From Octopus bimaculoides (taxonomy: Eukaryota), in NCBI RefSeq assembly GCF_001194135.2, contig NC_068989.1, forward strand, positions 45,372,350 through 45,436,349: a stretch of 64,000 nt of DNA, in the 5' to 3' direction. Position numbers and translations under genes: made by a program. Below the pieces are notes generated by a model that saw nothing but the letters and a program-made list of their open reading frames with translations, was not told where the DNA came from and made no database searches. Shown here in pieces: positions 1 through 12,719 of this stretch; positions within the stretch are counted from its first letter, which is position 1; each line of letters begins with the position of its first letter.

Positions 1-726
1 AATTCATAGTTGTGGTTGTTGTAGTTGTTCTTATTGTATATATGATTCCTGTACATGATGTCGCCATCGCTGTAGTTGTCACAGTTGTCATTGCTCTTCA
101 CTTATTCTCAGTGGGAACCAAGTTACTCCAGATACCGTTAAAACAAAAGAAGAAACGAAATGAAAGTACAGTATCAGGATTATATATAGTTCCATAAAAT
201 GAAATAAAATTTTATACGCCATTTTCAAAATAATAATAATTTATATCCTAAACCACACGATCCCAGTTTCGGTCCGAGTGCACGGCATCTTGAGTAAATA
301 TGGAACTCTTTAACCTCGGTTGAACCATATATTGAAGAGCAAAAGACGCAAAATAAAACTGTATAGAATCACATTGTATTGTACCTGTAATTCAACCAAT
401 GTTACGTTGTTGGCAACTCAGAATTTACGTTCCCCGCAAAGTTAAGGGTACAAGTTTCGATGGAATATTCAACACCATAATCGTTAATTGAATGAGCAAG
501 GAAATTCGGTAGACCGACCAACAAAATATTCACTTTCTAACAGCAAATATCAGCCACATGTGATATATATATACATGTGGTTGGCGGTGAGTTAGTTGGC
601 CGAAACTTCGAAGTCACTGTCAGTAATATTCAACTTTGGGAATATTAACGGTATTATACAATAGTACAGAGTAAGCCATCAGATCAATGTAAAATTGTTT
701 AAGAGAACGGAAAAATAAACATTGAC

Positions 727-779
<53 letters not shown>

Positions 780-814
780 CACACACGCACACATATATAT
801 ATATACACATAAAA

Positions 815-884
<70 letters not shown>

Positions 885-1734
885 AATATATGAGTATATG
901 CATATATATGTACATGTATGTACATACCTTCATCTACATGTACATATAGATACATAACTGGGTACATGACGTGGCAAAAGAACATGGACAAAATAATAAA
1001 CAACATACATATCTATATATACACACATATATATATATACATGCACACACGCACACATGTATAGCGTGTTAGGTGTGTTGAGAGAAAAGGTCGCCAGAAT
1101 TTTGGAAAAAATCTTTTTATTTCCTCACTATTATTAGTGCTTTCGTTCGTTTCTCGAACTTGTCAAATAGAATTTTGTGAATGAACAAACAGCTTGTTCA
1201 TTTATAGAAACCATGTTATTTTTGGTTTTGTTTACACGAGAACGTTGTTTTTGTTCTTTTGGGTGAGGTTCCATAACAATGGAGATAGATAGATAGATAG
1301 ATAGATAGATAGGGGAGAGGAGAGGGAAGGGGATTCCCCTTCCTATTCACCATTCATTTATTCATTTAGTCATTTATTATTGTAGTGAAATGGGTTAAGG
1401 AGTGTGAAAAAAATAACAGGTGTGGTGTAATCATCACTAAAATACTTTTTGATTTCTTTCTCTCTTTTTCCCCTTCTTTCCTTCTGTCTTTTCCCTTTTA
1501 TTCCTTTTTTCTTTTTTCTCCTCTTTCCTTCTTTTTCTCTTTCTTTCTGTTTCTCCTCTTTGAGTTATATTTAGAATACAAAATGTATTGTTTCCGCTTT
1601 TCTTTCAAACATTCAATTTTGAAGAGAATTTTTTGATCAAATGTAGTTCCATTACTTTTCGGTATTGCGGATCGTACCGTATACATTTGTAAAAAGGAAA
1701 TATTTTGAATTTTCCTTCGCTCCATATTTCCAGA

Positions 1735-1769
<35 letters not shown>

Positions 1770-1802
1770 ATATTTTTTTAACATTTTTTATTATTCTCAA
1801 AG

Positions 1803-1844
1803 ACTTTTGATAATCTTTTTCTAAAAAAGTGAAACCGGTTAAGT
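1803..1844 (+). ncRNA. Decayed minimal type I hammerhead ribozyme motif
   Basis: ACTT-TTGATAA-tCTTTTT(cta)AAAAAGt-GAAA-CCGG-TT-AAGT. Stem I is ACTT/AAGT, stem II has 6 bp, and stem III is the palindrome ACCGGT. The core differs from CTGATGA by two transitions. Confidence 0.5.
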
Positions 1845-3035
1845 AAATAAATATTTTTTAAAAATAAGTGCATTTTCAAACTTTCTTTCATATATATNNN
1901 NNNNNNNNNNNNNNNNNNNNNNNNNNNNNNNNNNNNNNNNNNNNNNNNNNNNNNNNNNNNNNNNNNNNNNNNNNNNNNNNNNNNNNNNNNNNNNNNNNNN
2001 NNNNNNNNNNNNNNNNNNNNNNNNNNNNNNNNNNNNNNNNNNNNNNNNNNNNNNNNNNNNNNNNNNNNNNNNNNNNNNNNNNNNNNNNNNNNNNNNNNNN
2101 NNNNNNNNNNNNNNNNNNNNNNNNNNNNNNNNNNNNNNNNNNNNNNNNNNNNNNNNNNNNNNNNNNNNNNNNNNNNNNNNNNNNNNNNNNNNNNNNNNNN
2201 NNNNNNNNNNNNNNNNNNNNNNNNNNNNNNNNNNNNNNNNNNNNNNNNNNNNNNNNNNNNNNNNNNNNNNNNNNNNNNNNNNNNNNNNNNNNNNNNNNNN
2301 NNNNNNNNNNNNNNNNNNNNNNNNNNNNNNNNNNNNNNNNNNNNNNNNNNNNNNNNNNNNNNNNNNNNNNNNNNNNNNNNNNNNNNNNNNNNNNNNNNNN
2401 NNNNNNNNNNNNNNNNNNNNNNNNNNNNNNNNNNNNNNNNNNNNNNNNNNNNNNNNNNNNNNNNNNNNNNNNNNNNNNNNNNNNNNNNNNNNNNNNNNNN
2501 NNNNNNNNNNNNNNNNNNNNNNNNNNNNNNNNNNNNNNNNNNNNNNNNNNNNNNNNNNNNNNNNNNNNNNNNNNNNNNNNNNNNNNNNNNNNNNNNNNNN
2601 TATATATATATATATATATATATATATGTGCATATATATATATATGTACATAAACAAATCTGTGAGTATATGACTATGGTATTATATTCATGTGGGTTTG
2701 CTTCTGTCTGTGTGTTTGTGTGTGCATGCATAATTATACAAAATACGAATCATTTACGGCGTCTGAGATGTGAAAAACCTAAATGCACCACGCTATTCTA
2801 TACCTTACGTTATTTAATCTGCCTGATTCAAGTGTTGGCATATATATTTATATATTTGCGTGTGTGCATGCAGACACAAAGATACACGCATATATATATG
2901 TAACAGAGATCCAAATATACATACATGTATACATANNNNNNNNNNNNNNNNNNNNNNNNNNNNNNNNNNNNNNNNNNNNNNNNNNNNNNNNNNNNNNNNN
3001 NNNNNNNNNNNNNNNNNNNNNNNNNNNNNNNNNNN

Positions 3036-3080
<45 letters not shown>

Positions 3081-3644
3081 GGTTAACCATGAAACTACTG
3101 ATGCATCGCACACGATATACATCCCTTACAAAAGAGATATTTTAATGTCTTATAATTTGAGAAGGAGCGGGAGAGAAAGCAGTGTACATAACCATTTACG
3201 GGGCTCGATGATTAATTGGAAGTGGGTAGGATGTGATCGTGAAACCGGATACTTGACCCGCATCCTTTGTGAGGGAATAGGATTCTCTAAAGCACTCAGA
3301 GTGAAGAGGATGGTAGTGTTAAAAAACATGACAAATTAAATCTACCACCCGAGTAAGCCATGGCAAGATTCGAAGCAAGAACGCAACAAGCCATAATAAA
3401 TATTGCAAGATATCCCCTTTAATTTTTTTTATAATTCCGTCAATCCAACACGTAGGCCTAGTAGTTTCTCTTTTTTTTTTTATCACCTCCGAAAGTATGA
3501 AAAAAAAATTTGACATTGACGATATTTGAACTCAAAGCACTTAGATTAACAAATACTATGCTGTGTTTTATACAACGCTCTAACACCTACGCTAGTTTGC
3601 ACCTCGACACGCTATTAATTTCCATAGCCGTGCAACTGGCAAGA

Positions 3645-3972
3645 AACTGGCCCTACGTCGGTTTCGACGAGGAGTGTTCCAGTTGATCCGACCAACGGAA
3701 CAGCTGGCTCGGAGAACTAACTTTCCAGTGGCTGAACACCCCATTGGCACTCGTACCCTTAACGTAGTTCTCAGGCAGATTCAGCATGACAAGGAATATG
3801 ACAAGGCTGGTCCCTTTGAAATACAAGTACTACTCATTTTTGCCAGCTGAGTGGACTGCAGCAACTTGAAATAAAGTGTGTCACTCAAGGACACAAAGCG
3901 CCGCCGGTAAACGAACTCACAACCTTACAATCGTGAGCCTATTACTCTAACTACTAAGCCACGCGCCTTCAC
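3645..3972 (-). mobile_element. tRNA-derived SINE, third family (CORE/V-like central domain, RTE-like tail)
   Basis: The minus strand starts GTGAAGGCGCGTGGCTTAGTAGTTAG (A-box like), has GAGTTCG (B-box like), then TGTGTCCTTGAG...CAGTCCACTCAGCTGGCAAAAATGAGT. Domain names are from recalled similarity. Confidence 0.7.
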
Positions 3973-4658
3973 TAGCAGCAATGCGCTAAAATCATTAGCT
4001 CATAGAGAAGCGAGTATTTTCTCTTTACTCGCCAGCCGTGTACCGTTTCTACATAAAAGTATTAGATATACTCCTTTCATCTCTTCCGTTCACTTCTATA
4101 TTGTTTCACCTCCCAACTCCATACTTTACATTTAGCCATCTGCTTGTCTTGCATTTCAACTATTAATTTTATGTATCTTGTAATTCCCATAATCATGGAA
4201 GGTAATATATTATCTGATTTGCTAAAAACACGTGGTGTTAGCAGTGATTTCCTCTACGTTGTCACAGGTGTCGACTTGTAATTATCGTCAGAGTACAGCT
4301 AAGTTGCAATAAATGACATAAATTTGGAATTCTGTTAAAGAACACTTGGGAAAATAACGTAATCTTTTCTGTAATTGCTCCTGCTTTAATTTACGTAGAG
4401 ACAAAGTAGATATCTGGAAAATATAGAATGAATGTAATAGGATAATTTTCATATTTTCTTACATTTAGATATATCTATACACACGTGCCAATATTACATT
4501 ATTAAACGCATACTTTCGTCCGGCTGAAAAAGGCAGCCAAAGTAACACGAATATTCGAAGTCGCTGTTAACATTTTCCTTGTAAAAGTACATACTGTGCT
4601 CAAAGGGTTTGAGTGAATATCGTAATAAAGTTTGATTTGAGGAAAGAAAAGCCTTAAA

Positions 4659-4709
<51 letters not shown>

Positions 4710-5172
4710 CATTTAGTAGTAGATTTATTCGGTGATGCAACGGGTACTGAATCAGAGAATAATGAGACTGAAAAGTGTGCTTCGAGACAGGAAATGCAGC
4801 AATTTGCCCACATGCAGAGATCGCGCTTGTTGGTCCGTACAGTCATATATCACAGTATCACAATATGGNNNNNNNNNNNNNNNNNNNNNNNNNNNNNNNN
4901 NNNNNNNNNNNNNNNNNNNNNNNNNNNNNNNNNNNNNNNNNNNNNNNNNNNNNNNNNNNNNNNNNNNNNNNNNNNNNNNNNNNNNNNNNNNNNNNNNNNN
5001 NNNNNNNNNNNNNNNNNNNNNNNNNNNNNNNNNNNNNNNNNNNNNNNNNNNNNNNNNNNNNNNNNNNNNNNNNNNNNNNNNNNNNNNNNNNNNNNNNNNN
5101 NNNNNNNNNNNNNNNNNNNNNNNNNNNNNNNNNNNNNNNNNNNNNNNNNNNNATATATATATATATACACAC

Positions 5173-6018
5173 ACAGTGTACATTTAAGCACATAAGAGAG
5201 ATGTCCATAATAGGACATCTATCCTGATAGAAGGAGCAGTCAAACTCCAAACCACAATTAGGGATAATTTCGAAAGGGAATGAAAAATAAAAACATTTAC
5301 CATCTATTTCCTGAACCATGGTTTCAAGCTATTTTCAGCAAAATAAAATTGTTTGCTTGGCCAGCTACCATCAAAAGAAAAGCCAAGATTAACATATAAA
5401 CACAAGGCAATACATAGAACATGCCTCGTGCTATATGTTATAATTTTTCATATCTACCACGCAAATACAAAAATGCCGATTTTCTTCCAGAAAATAGCCA
5501 AAATGTCATTATATCATTATTAATAAATTTAATAATAGGGATGTTTAAATGTACACTGTATGTATTTATAGGAATAATATATAGTCTATTGACTAGCTTT
5601 TCTTTTCGCTAGACCACTGGGAGCAAAAAGAATTTCTAATTTTTTTTGCTACCCTGAAATTTATTAATAATGATATAATGACTTTTTGGCTAATTTCTGG
5701 AAGAAAATCGGCATTTTTTGTATATGCTGCCCATAAGAAAACCGCACATGCGCGATAGATATGAAAAATTATAACATATAGTCACGAGGCATGTTCTATA
5801 TATTGCCTCGTGTTTATATGTTAATCTTAGCTTTCCTGCTGACGATAGATAGCTCCTTCTATCGGGTTAGATGTCCGATTATGGACATCTCTCTTATGTG
5901 TTTAAATGTACACTGTATGTATTTATATGAATAATATATAGTCTATTTACTGTTTTTTTTCTTCTCCCTAGACCACTGGTAGCAAAAAGAATTTCTAAGT
6001 TTTTTTGCTACCCTGAAA

Positions 6019-6021
<3 letters not shown>
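5173..6021. repeat. Compound inverted plus tandem duplication (P-inverted, Q, P, Q)
   Basis: 5173-5530 is the reverse complement of about 5657-5912, with an extra insert of roughly 115 bp. 5541-5662 is a direct copy of 5899-6021. Confidence 0.85.
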
Positions 6022-6057
<36 letters not shown>

Positions 6058-6732
6058 NNNNNNNNNNNNNNNNNNNNNNNNNNNNNNNNNNNNNNNNNNN
6101 NNNNNNNNNNNNNNNNNNNNNNNNNNNNNNNNNNNNNNNNNNNNNNNNNNNNNNNNNNNNNNNNNNNNNNNNNNNNNNNNNNNNATATATACGAAAGGGG
6201 ATCTCTTTTTCTGTCTACTTCCTTGTTAAAGAAAAGACGTGCCTTTTCCTGTCTCCTCATGGCTCGTCTACCTAACGCTCATAATAATTTTTCTATCGTC
6301 TTGGCTCAACAGCCCTCACCGCTTGTTTTTACTGTCTTGTCCTCACTGTTCTCTTCTTGTTAACACTTTCACCCTCCGCAAAAATCCCAAATTTTATTTA
6401 ATTTGCTTTGCAGGAAGGACTGTTTCAACGAAGCAGCGTATTGTCCTTACCTTCGAAATGCGGAGGAGATAAAACAGGGACAACTGACGAAGGGGTATAC
6501 TCTTTATGTTGCATGTCTCGTTTCTCTGTTTTTTTTCGTTGTTCGAAAGAAGTTCGTTTTCTATGACTTCGTTTCTCATTGTGTTTAACGTTTTTCTTTA
6601 TGTCCTATACCCATATATGCATGTATGTATACATATAGATGTAGGTATGTACATATATGTATGGATATATGCATATATTTATATATATTATTTATATTAT
6701 ATGCTTATATACATACATATATACATATATAT

Positions 6733-7526
6733 AAATTCAATAATAGGATGAATTCTTTTACAAGAATTTATCAAGTAGCTAGCGTGAAAAAAACCTCATA
6801 ATGGAAAAAATCCATAATTTATTCCCAAAATATATTTAGCTATATAAGGGCATTACTATACAAGAATGCCTCACGCTATGAGGGACTCTAAGGTCAGACT
6901 ACTATAAAAACCCATTTTTACCAAACGCGAGGAAATGCAAATCTTAAAGCCAGGCCCTTAAAAACAAACTGAATTACAGATCATGATTTTGTAGGTATTG
7001 TAGTATTATACAACTTCTACTCGTCAGTATAATATCGTTAAGATAAATAGAGGTAAACAGAAAATCAACATACCAAACGAACATCGTGTATCCAGCATAG
7101 TACATAGAAGACTGTTTATCGTTATTCACCTATGTAAGTGGCGGGAATTTCGAATTGCATCTCGGTACATGTGGTTTTCTTTTTTTTTTCAGAATAAATT
7201 CAGCACTGAATATATTCTGGTTATATATTTAAATTCAATAATAGCATGTATTCTTTTACAAGAATTTATCAAGTCGCTAGCGTGAAAAATACTTCATAGG
7301 GGGGAAAAATCCATCATTTATTCCCAAAATATATTTATTTATATATTCAGTGCTGAATTTATTCTGAAAAAAAACCCCACATGTACCGAGATGCAATTCG
7401 AATTTCCCGCCACTTACATAGGTGAATAGCGATAAACAGTCTTTTATGTACTATGCTGGATACACGATGTTCGTTTGGTATGTTGATTTTCTGTTTACCT
7501 CTATTTATCTTGACGATATTATACTG
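6733..7526. repeat. Compound direct plus inverted duplication (A, B, C, A', C-inverted)
   Basis: 6733-6838 is repeated at 7231-7337. 7025-7215 is a near-perfect inverted repeat of 7341-7526. Confidence 0.9.
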
Positions 7527-7541
7527 CCCTTATATAAATAT

Positions 7542-7588
<47 letters not shown>

Positions 7589-8953
7589 TACATATTTTAT
7601 TCAGACCGTCTTTTATTCACTTAACACAATACACAAACACACATACACACACTGAGACACACACCCATGCTCACACACACAGCTGAACAGAAATTTGCTA
7701 TTCATTTCTAAAGAATTCTTTTCAATTCAATAGGAATTCTGACACTTGACCTCTTGAACCCCATTCCAGACCCCTTCATAGACAACATATAAAAGAAAAA
7801 AAACTTCAAGATAAAATTCCAGACATGTTATTAGTTACGCACTAAGTATGTGAACAAACTGTCTTTAATTTCCAATTTTCTCCTATAACGTAATTTTTTC
7901 TGATTTCGAAACTTTTGACTTCGAATTTTTAATATTTGGTAAAACGGTCATGCACATCGAAACAGGTAATATTCATAAAAGTCACTTAATGTAACTAATA
8001 TACAAAAATCTTTAAACATATTTTCGTGCAGTTTCCACTTTTACTAATTTTTAACTATAAGCTTTGATTTGTATGGATTCTTAACCCTTTTCCAACTACA
8101 CACACACACATAATACAGATTAAATGTATATTTCTTAAACGAAAATGTACGACACTTAGCGTTACATATGTACTGAAAAGTGCTACAATTATGTAATGAA
8201 TCATCGCGTTAAATAATTTCTTAAATATATCATTCAACTAATACCGTAGTTAAATAATATTCTTGAGGCCGCAATTTACTCACACGCGGCATCTTTCAGA
8301 GATTGTCGCTAATTCAGTTCTTAACCAATTTTGAAGAGGACTGGTCCCTAGCTACATTTTGGCATAAAAAATTGAGATTTGATTTAATAGAAAAAGTTTA
8401 CATCAAAATTTGTAGCAACGTTATAGGAGAGTAAGTAATGCCACCAATCAAGTTTAAATCTAAATAACTTTTTTTTATTTTAAAAGCAAAATATATTTAT
8501 CTTAGCTTCAATGAAAGAAGAAAGCATGAAGAATTGAATCTCATAGTTTTGCTCCATTGCAACAAAAATTTGCATAAAAAATGCTGTGAGGTAAATTATT
8601 ATAAAAAAAAATATATATTAGTAAGGCAAAAAATTGGATTTAAGTATAATTAACTTTTGTATTTTAAAAACAAACTATATTTTAATTAAGCGTAAAGGCT
8701 AGAACTCAATTCGAGGAATTTCATGGATCGATCTCGTGCAATGAAGTTCTAAAAGAAAAATGCAGTTATGAGTGTTTGTTTCTTAAATTGGAGTGTGATA
8801 ATATAGTTTTATACTTTTTATGAATATATTTGTATAAGGGGACTTTTAATATGAGTCACCGTCGTCTTTGAGGTAAAGAAAAAAAATTATCAACGACACC
8901 GCTAATTAACACATTTTACGCATAGTAGCATAACCTGGGGATAACATAGATTA

Positions 8954-9818
8954 CATAGAAAAATGCGAGCGAGAGAAATAACATTCTTAAGATTACAAAC
9001 CTGGAAAATTACAGGACAAGTTATTACACTTGGAAAAGTTCAGGACAACTTATTACATCTGGTAAAGTACAGAACAAGAAAATTTTTGCAGATAAGAATA
9101 AAATTTGAATATTAAAAATTATTTGATTTTAATTTACAAAGTAACAATATAATTAAAAGAAGGCACCATCATTTTGTTAAAATATTGACACACTAGAATA
9201 CTTAAAAAATGAGAGCCACAAGTACCAATATAGCTAAAGTTTTATGCAAAGTAGAATAGTATATATGGTCGGCAAATTAATTATGTAAAAATTAGGCATT
9301 GGGTCAAGACTAAAAATGTGAAGATTTGGCAAGAACTTATGCAATAACTCAAGCAAATTTTACTTTGAAGTTAGTGTTATAGGTAGATTTTACTGTAGTA
9401 TATAACTAATTTTTGTATTATTCTATTTATTGTACTATCTAATTAAGTACTGCTATTACTTTTATAACTTATTTTCAAATTTCTCATTATGAATTAATAA
9501 TTTTAAAAAATTAATTTTTGGAAAGTGCGAAATATATTTTAATTGAGTGATTTTTTAAATTTTTAATAGAAGTAACAAATAGAAGTAATAACTTGTAATA
9601 AGATTTTAGTTTTAATATAATCTATTATTTTCTAAATCTAAATATTTCATTTGAAATTTTATCCCTAGCTGTAATATTTTAAGTAAAAGTTTTCTTGTTC
9701 TGTACTTTACCAGATGTAATAAGTTGTCCTGAACTTTTCTAAGTGAAGTAACTTGTTCTGTAATTTTCCAGGTTTATAATCTTAAGAATATTATTTCTGT
9801 TGCTCACATTTTGCTATC
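8954..9818. mobile_element. Non-autonomous foldback/MITE-like element with about 130-bp TIRs containing tandem 29-bp subrepeats
   Basis: 8954-9083 is the inverted complement of 9689-9818. Three CTGGAAAATTACAGGACAAGTTATTACA-like units occur in each arm. The interior is very AT-rich and non-coding. Confidence 0.7.
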
Positions 9819-10189
9819 CTAAATATTTTTGACACAGACACACACGCTAAGGTATGTGTTTAAAATCTATAATTGTTATATGTAAACCACCCGGTTTGAT
9901 ATTATCACTTTGTTGTTACGTATCATTTACTGAATTTCGTTTCTGGTATGAGAAAAAGTTGTTTCCTCCTTCGCGCAAGGCCTTGAGAAAAATAAGCTCG
10001 TATGTGCTGCTGTCCTATCCCTATCTAACCAATAAAAAATGAAATACCACTGGCTAAGCTTCGAAAATGTTTAGTACATTTTCACAATTCTATTACTGGA
10101 CTTGGTTGGTAAAAATTTTTCAACATGAGACAATATATTAAACCATTTCCCCCAGCTTTTTATGTTCTGCGGTCAACTTTTTCTTTCAT

Positions 10190-10340
10190 CCGGATTTTTA
10201 TGCTTGAGGTCAACTTCTCGTTTCATCCTCTCGTGGTCGGTAAAATAAAAAAAAAACAGTCAAATACTGGGATCGACGAAATCGACTATTACCTTACCCT
10301 CAAAAATTTTGACTTTTTTCTGAAATCAGGAACCGTTATT
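10190..10340 (+). mobile_element. SINE family B, 3' fragment
   Basis: GAGGTCAACTTCTCGTTTCATCCTCTCGTGGTCGGTAAAATA...TACTGGGATCGACGAAATCGACT matches the central domain of the other family B copies. Confidence 0.65.
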
Positions 10341-10518
10341 GATAACTCTTTGTTCAATTATTTATTTATTTATTTTAGCCATCTCTTGTCCGTTTGGCAA
10401 ATCTCAGTGTCCCAAGACCAATACTCAGGCAGTTCCATAACTAAAGATTTTAATAATCGCAGCTATTCTCATTAGTAAATCGGTAGCCGTTTTCGTCTTT
10501 GATATTTTAACGACTGTT

Positions 10519-10860
10519 AAGGCGATGACCCGGCATTGTCGTCAGCACGTTGGGTAAAATACTTAGCGGCTTTTCGTTCGTCTTTACATTCTGCGTTCAA
10601 ATTCCGCCGAGGACACCTTGCCGTCCATCATTTACAGGTCAATAAAATGAGTTCTTGGCTCAATGTAATCGACTATCTCCTCCTCCATAATTGCTAACCT
10701 TGTGCTAACATTTGAAATCAATATGTTAACGACTGTTAAGGCGGAGAGCTGGGCCAAATGCTTTGCGGCATTTCGTCGGTCTTTGCTTTCCGAGTCCACA
10801 TTCCGTCGAGGTCAACTTTGCCTTTCGGAGTTAATAAATTAAGTACTAGTTGAAGACTGA
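10519..10860 (+). mobile_element. Two tandem SINE family B copies (10519-10722 and 10738-10860)
   Basis: Both begin TAACGACTGTTAAGGCG and contain AAATTCCGCCGAGG / ATTCCGTCGAGGTCAACTTTGCCTTT. Confidence 0.75.
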
Positions 10861-11713
10861 TTTCGAAGAACCAGTCCACTATATTATTCCTTTATACGTA
10901 TAATGTAATATTATTCAATGATATTTGATCGCTGATGCGAAGTCTATTCGAAGATAATGTTGCATTTTTGAAACGCGATTGGTGCAAAAACAAAATTTCT
11001 GTTTCTAGGCTTCCATCAGATGTCTACGAATAAGATAGTGTGGAAATAAATTCAGAGACTTTGACGCCTGCATTTATTGAGGTTACAACAGCATAGAATG
11101 GAATTTCACTAGGTCGCTGCAGTAATCTAATATACAACATTATGAATCAAAACAATTTACAAACATTGTTTGGTACCGATTATAAATGTATTTCATCGAA
11201 TTTGTTCAAGAAATAACGAAATAAATACCCAAATTTTCTGTCCGTTTTTAACCATCCTCCCATAAATTAAACAAGAAAAGGTCTAGGAATAAAATAGATA
11301 TGAAAATAAATTCGGAGACTTTGATGTATAAAATCATTGATACAAAAATACAGGGATTTACAATGTCAAAACATTTCTCTAAATAAAGTAAAATCTTTCT
11401 ATCTTCCGCAGTTTCTAATTTGGTTTAAATGGTTTTCGGGGAAAATAATTAGCACGATTAGTGTAGTAATTGGTTCACAAGCGAAAACTGTAATTTCTTT
11501 TTTTTTCTCTTTTAAGAGATTGATTTTGGTTAACTCCAAATTCTGACTATAATTGTATTAAATATACAACTATAGATTAGAAGCTAAGATATTGGCTCTT
11601 AAGAGCTGAAGTTGACTTTGATGTCATTATATATTTATATTTTTATTTTTTTTCTAACCACTGATTGTTACTTTATCTAGTTTACAGAACTGAGGGAAAG
11701 TTCCACTTTTCAG

Positions 11714-11786
11714 AGACAGAATTAAATTGAATTTGTCCAATTTAAAGAAATTAATTCTCTGTGGAACCAAATTATTCGTAAATCAG
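11714..11786 (+). CDS. Candidate 73-nt host exon with an LRR-like pattern (DRIKLNLSNLKKLILCGTKLFVNQ)
   Basis: Acceptor TTCCACTTTTCAG, donor CAG|GTAATG and an upstream CTAAC branch-like motif. One frame is open and fits LxxLxxLxL. No homology check was possible. Confidence 0.25.
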
Positions 11787-12095
11787 GTAATGCGTGTGTA
11801 TTTATGTATTTATTATAGTTATGTTTCACTGCTTTATTGTACTTTCTCGATTGCATACATTTTTTTATCACTAGAAATAGCTTGATGACTTTATTGATTT
11901 TTAACTTAGGTATTCATTAAAATATTTGGTACAGTGGACAATTTCAAAATTTCATCATATATTCATCAACTAGCAGTAAAGTCATTACCAAGAAAAATTA
12001 TTAGTTATTATTATTATTATTATTATTATTATTGTTGTTGTTGTTGTTGTTATCATTCTTATAATTATTATTATTAAACGATTTTTGTGTATCAG

Positions 12096-12118
12096 AATAG
12101 CGTCCCTTCGAATCGCTG
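12096..12118 (+). CDS. Candidate 23-nt micro-exon
   Basis: Acceptor TTTTTGTGTATCAG and donor CTG|GTAAGT. It stays in frame with 11714-11786 (NSVPSNR). Confidence 0.2.
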
Positions 12119-12719
12119 GTAAGTATTTGTTATCAACTGTTTTAAAATGCTTAATGAAAAATTTGTTTACTTTTGCCAATAAACTGACCAGGATTGTAAC
12201 TCATTGCTCCATTGTGTTTTGGCCTTTTGTAGCAGCACGTGATAATTTGTCATATTTGCAGCACTTAAACCCCACTTATTTTTTTAAAAAAGAAACCGTT
12301 AAAATATGGTGTTTAAATTTTCGAAGGGATACAAGAGGATGATAAATAGTATTTAGCATGGTTAATGCGAACTTCCCATTCTCCCAACTTAACAGTGTAA
12401 TCCAAAGTACCACCATCTATCTTCATCAATGCTCATGGCAAACGACAATATGACATGCAAAATACTGCTTAACACCAGGAACGAAAAAAAATCCCAAAAT
12501 AAACTCCACCACCACCTCAAAATAAATTCCATGTTTCCACACGGCTATACAAGGACGTCACAATCACCACAATGTCGATTATAGCTGCTCACCCCATCAG
12601 CGTTCAAAGTGATAACAACTAACTATGTGAAAAGAACTGGCTCCTATGTCACTGTAGCAAGGACATCAGAAAAGACTGAATTAGCGACGGAAGACTTATC
12701 GCAGTCGAAAAATTTATAA

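Noticed and set aside
585-630. GAAA-CTTCGAAG-TC palindrome resembling hammerhead stem III
   Set aside because: The upstream core (GCGGTGA) has three mismatches and there is no stem I pairing. Too weak to call.
5838-5893. CTGACGA followed by two hairpins, resembling a hammerhead
   Set aside because: GGGTT replaces GAA, and the inverted copy has TTGATGG and AGGAT, so the core is not conserved between copies.
6484-6520. CTGACGAAGGGG in an unclassified repeat at about 6190-6600
   Set aside because: There is no downstream GAAA or stem II.
9001-9083. Regularly spaced 29-bp repeats suggesting CRISPR
   Set aside because: The units are contiguous with no unique spacers, lie within inverted arms, and the context is eukaryotic.
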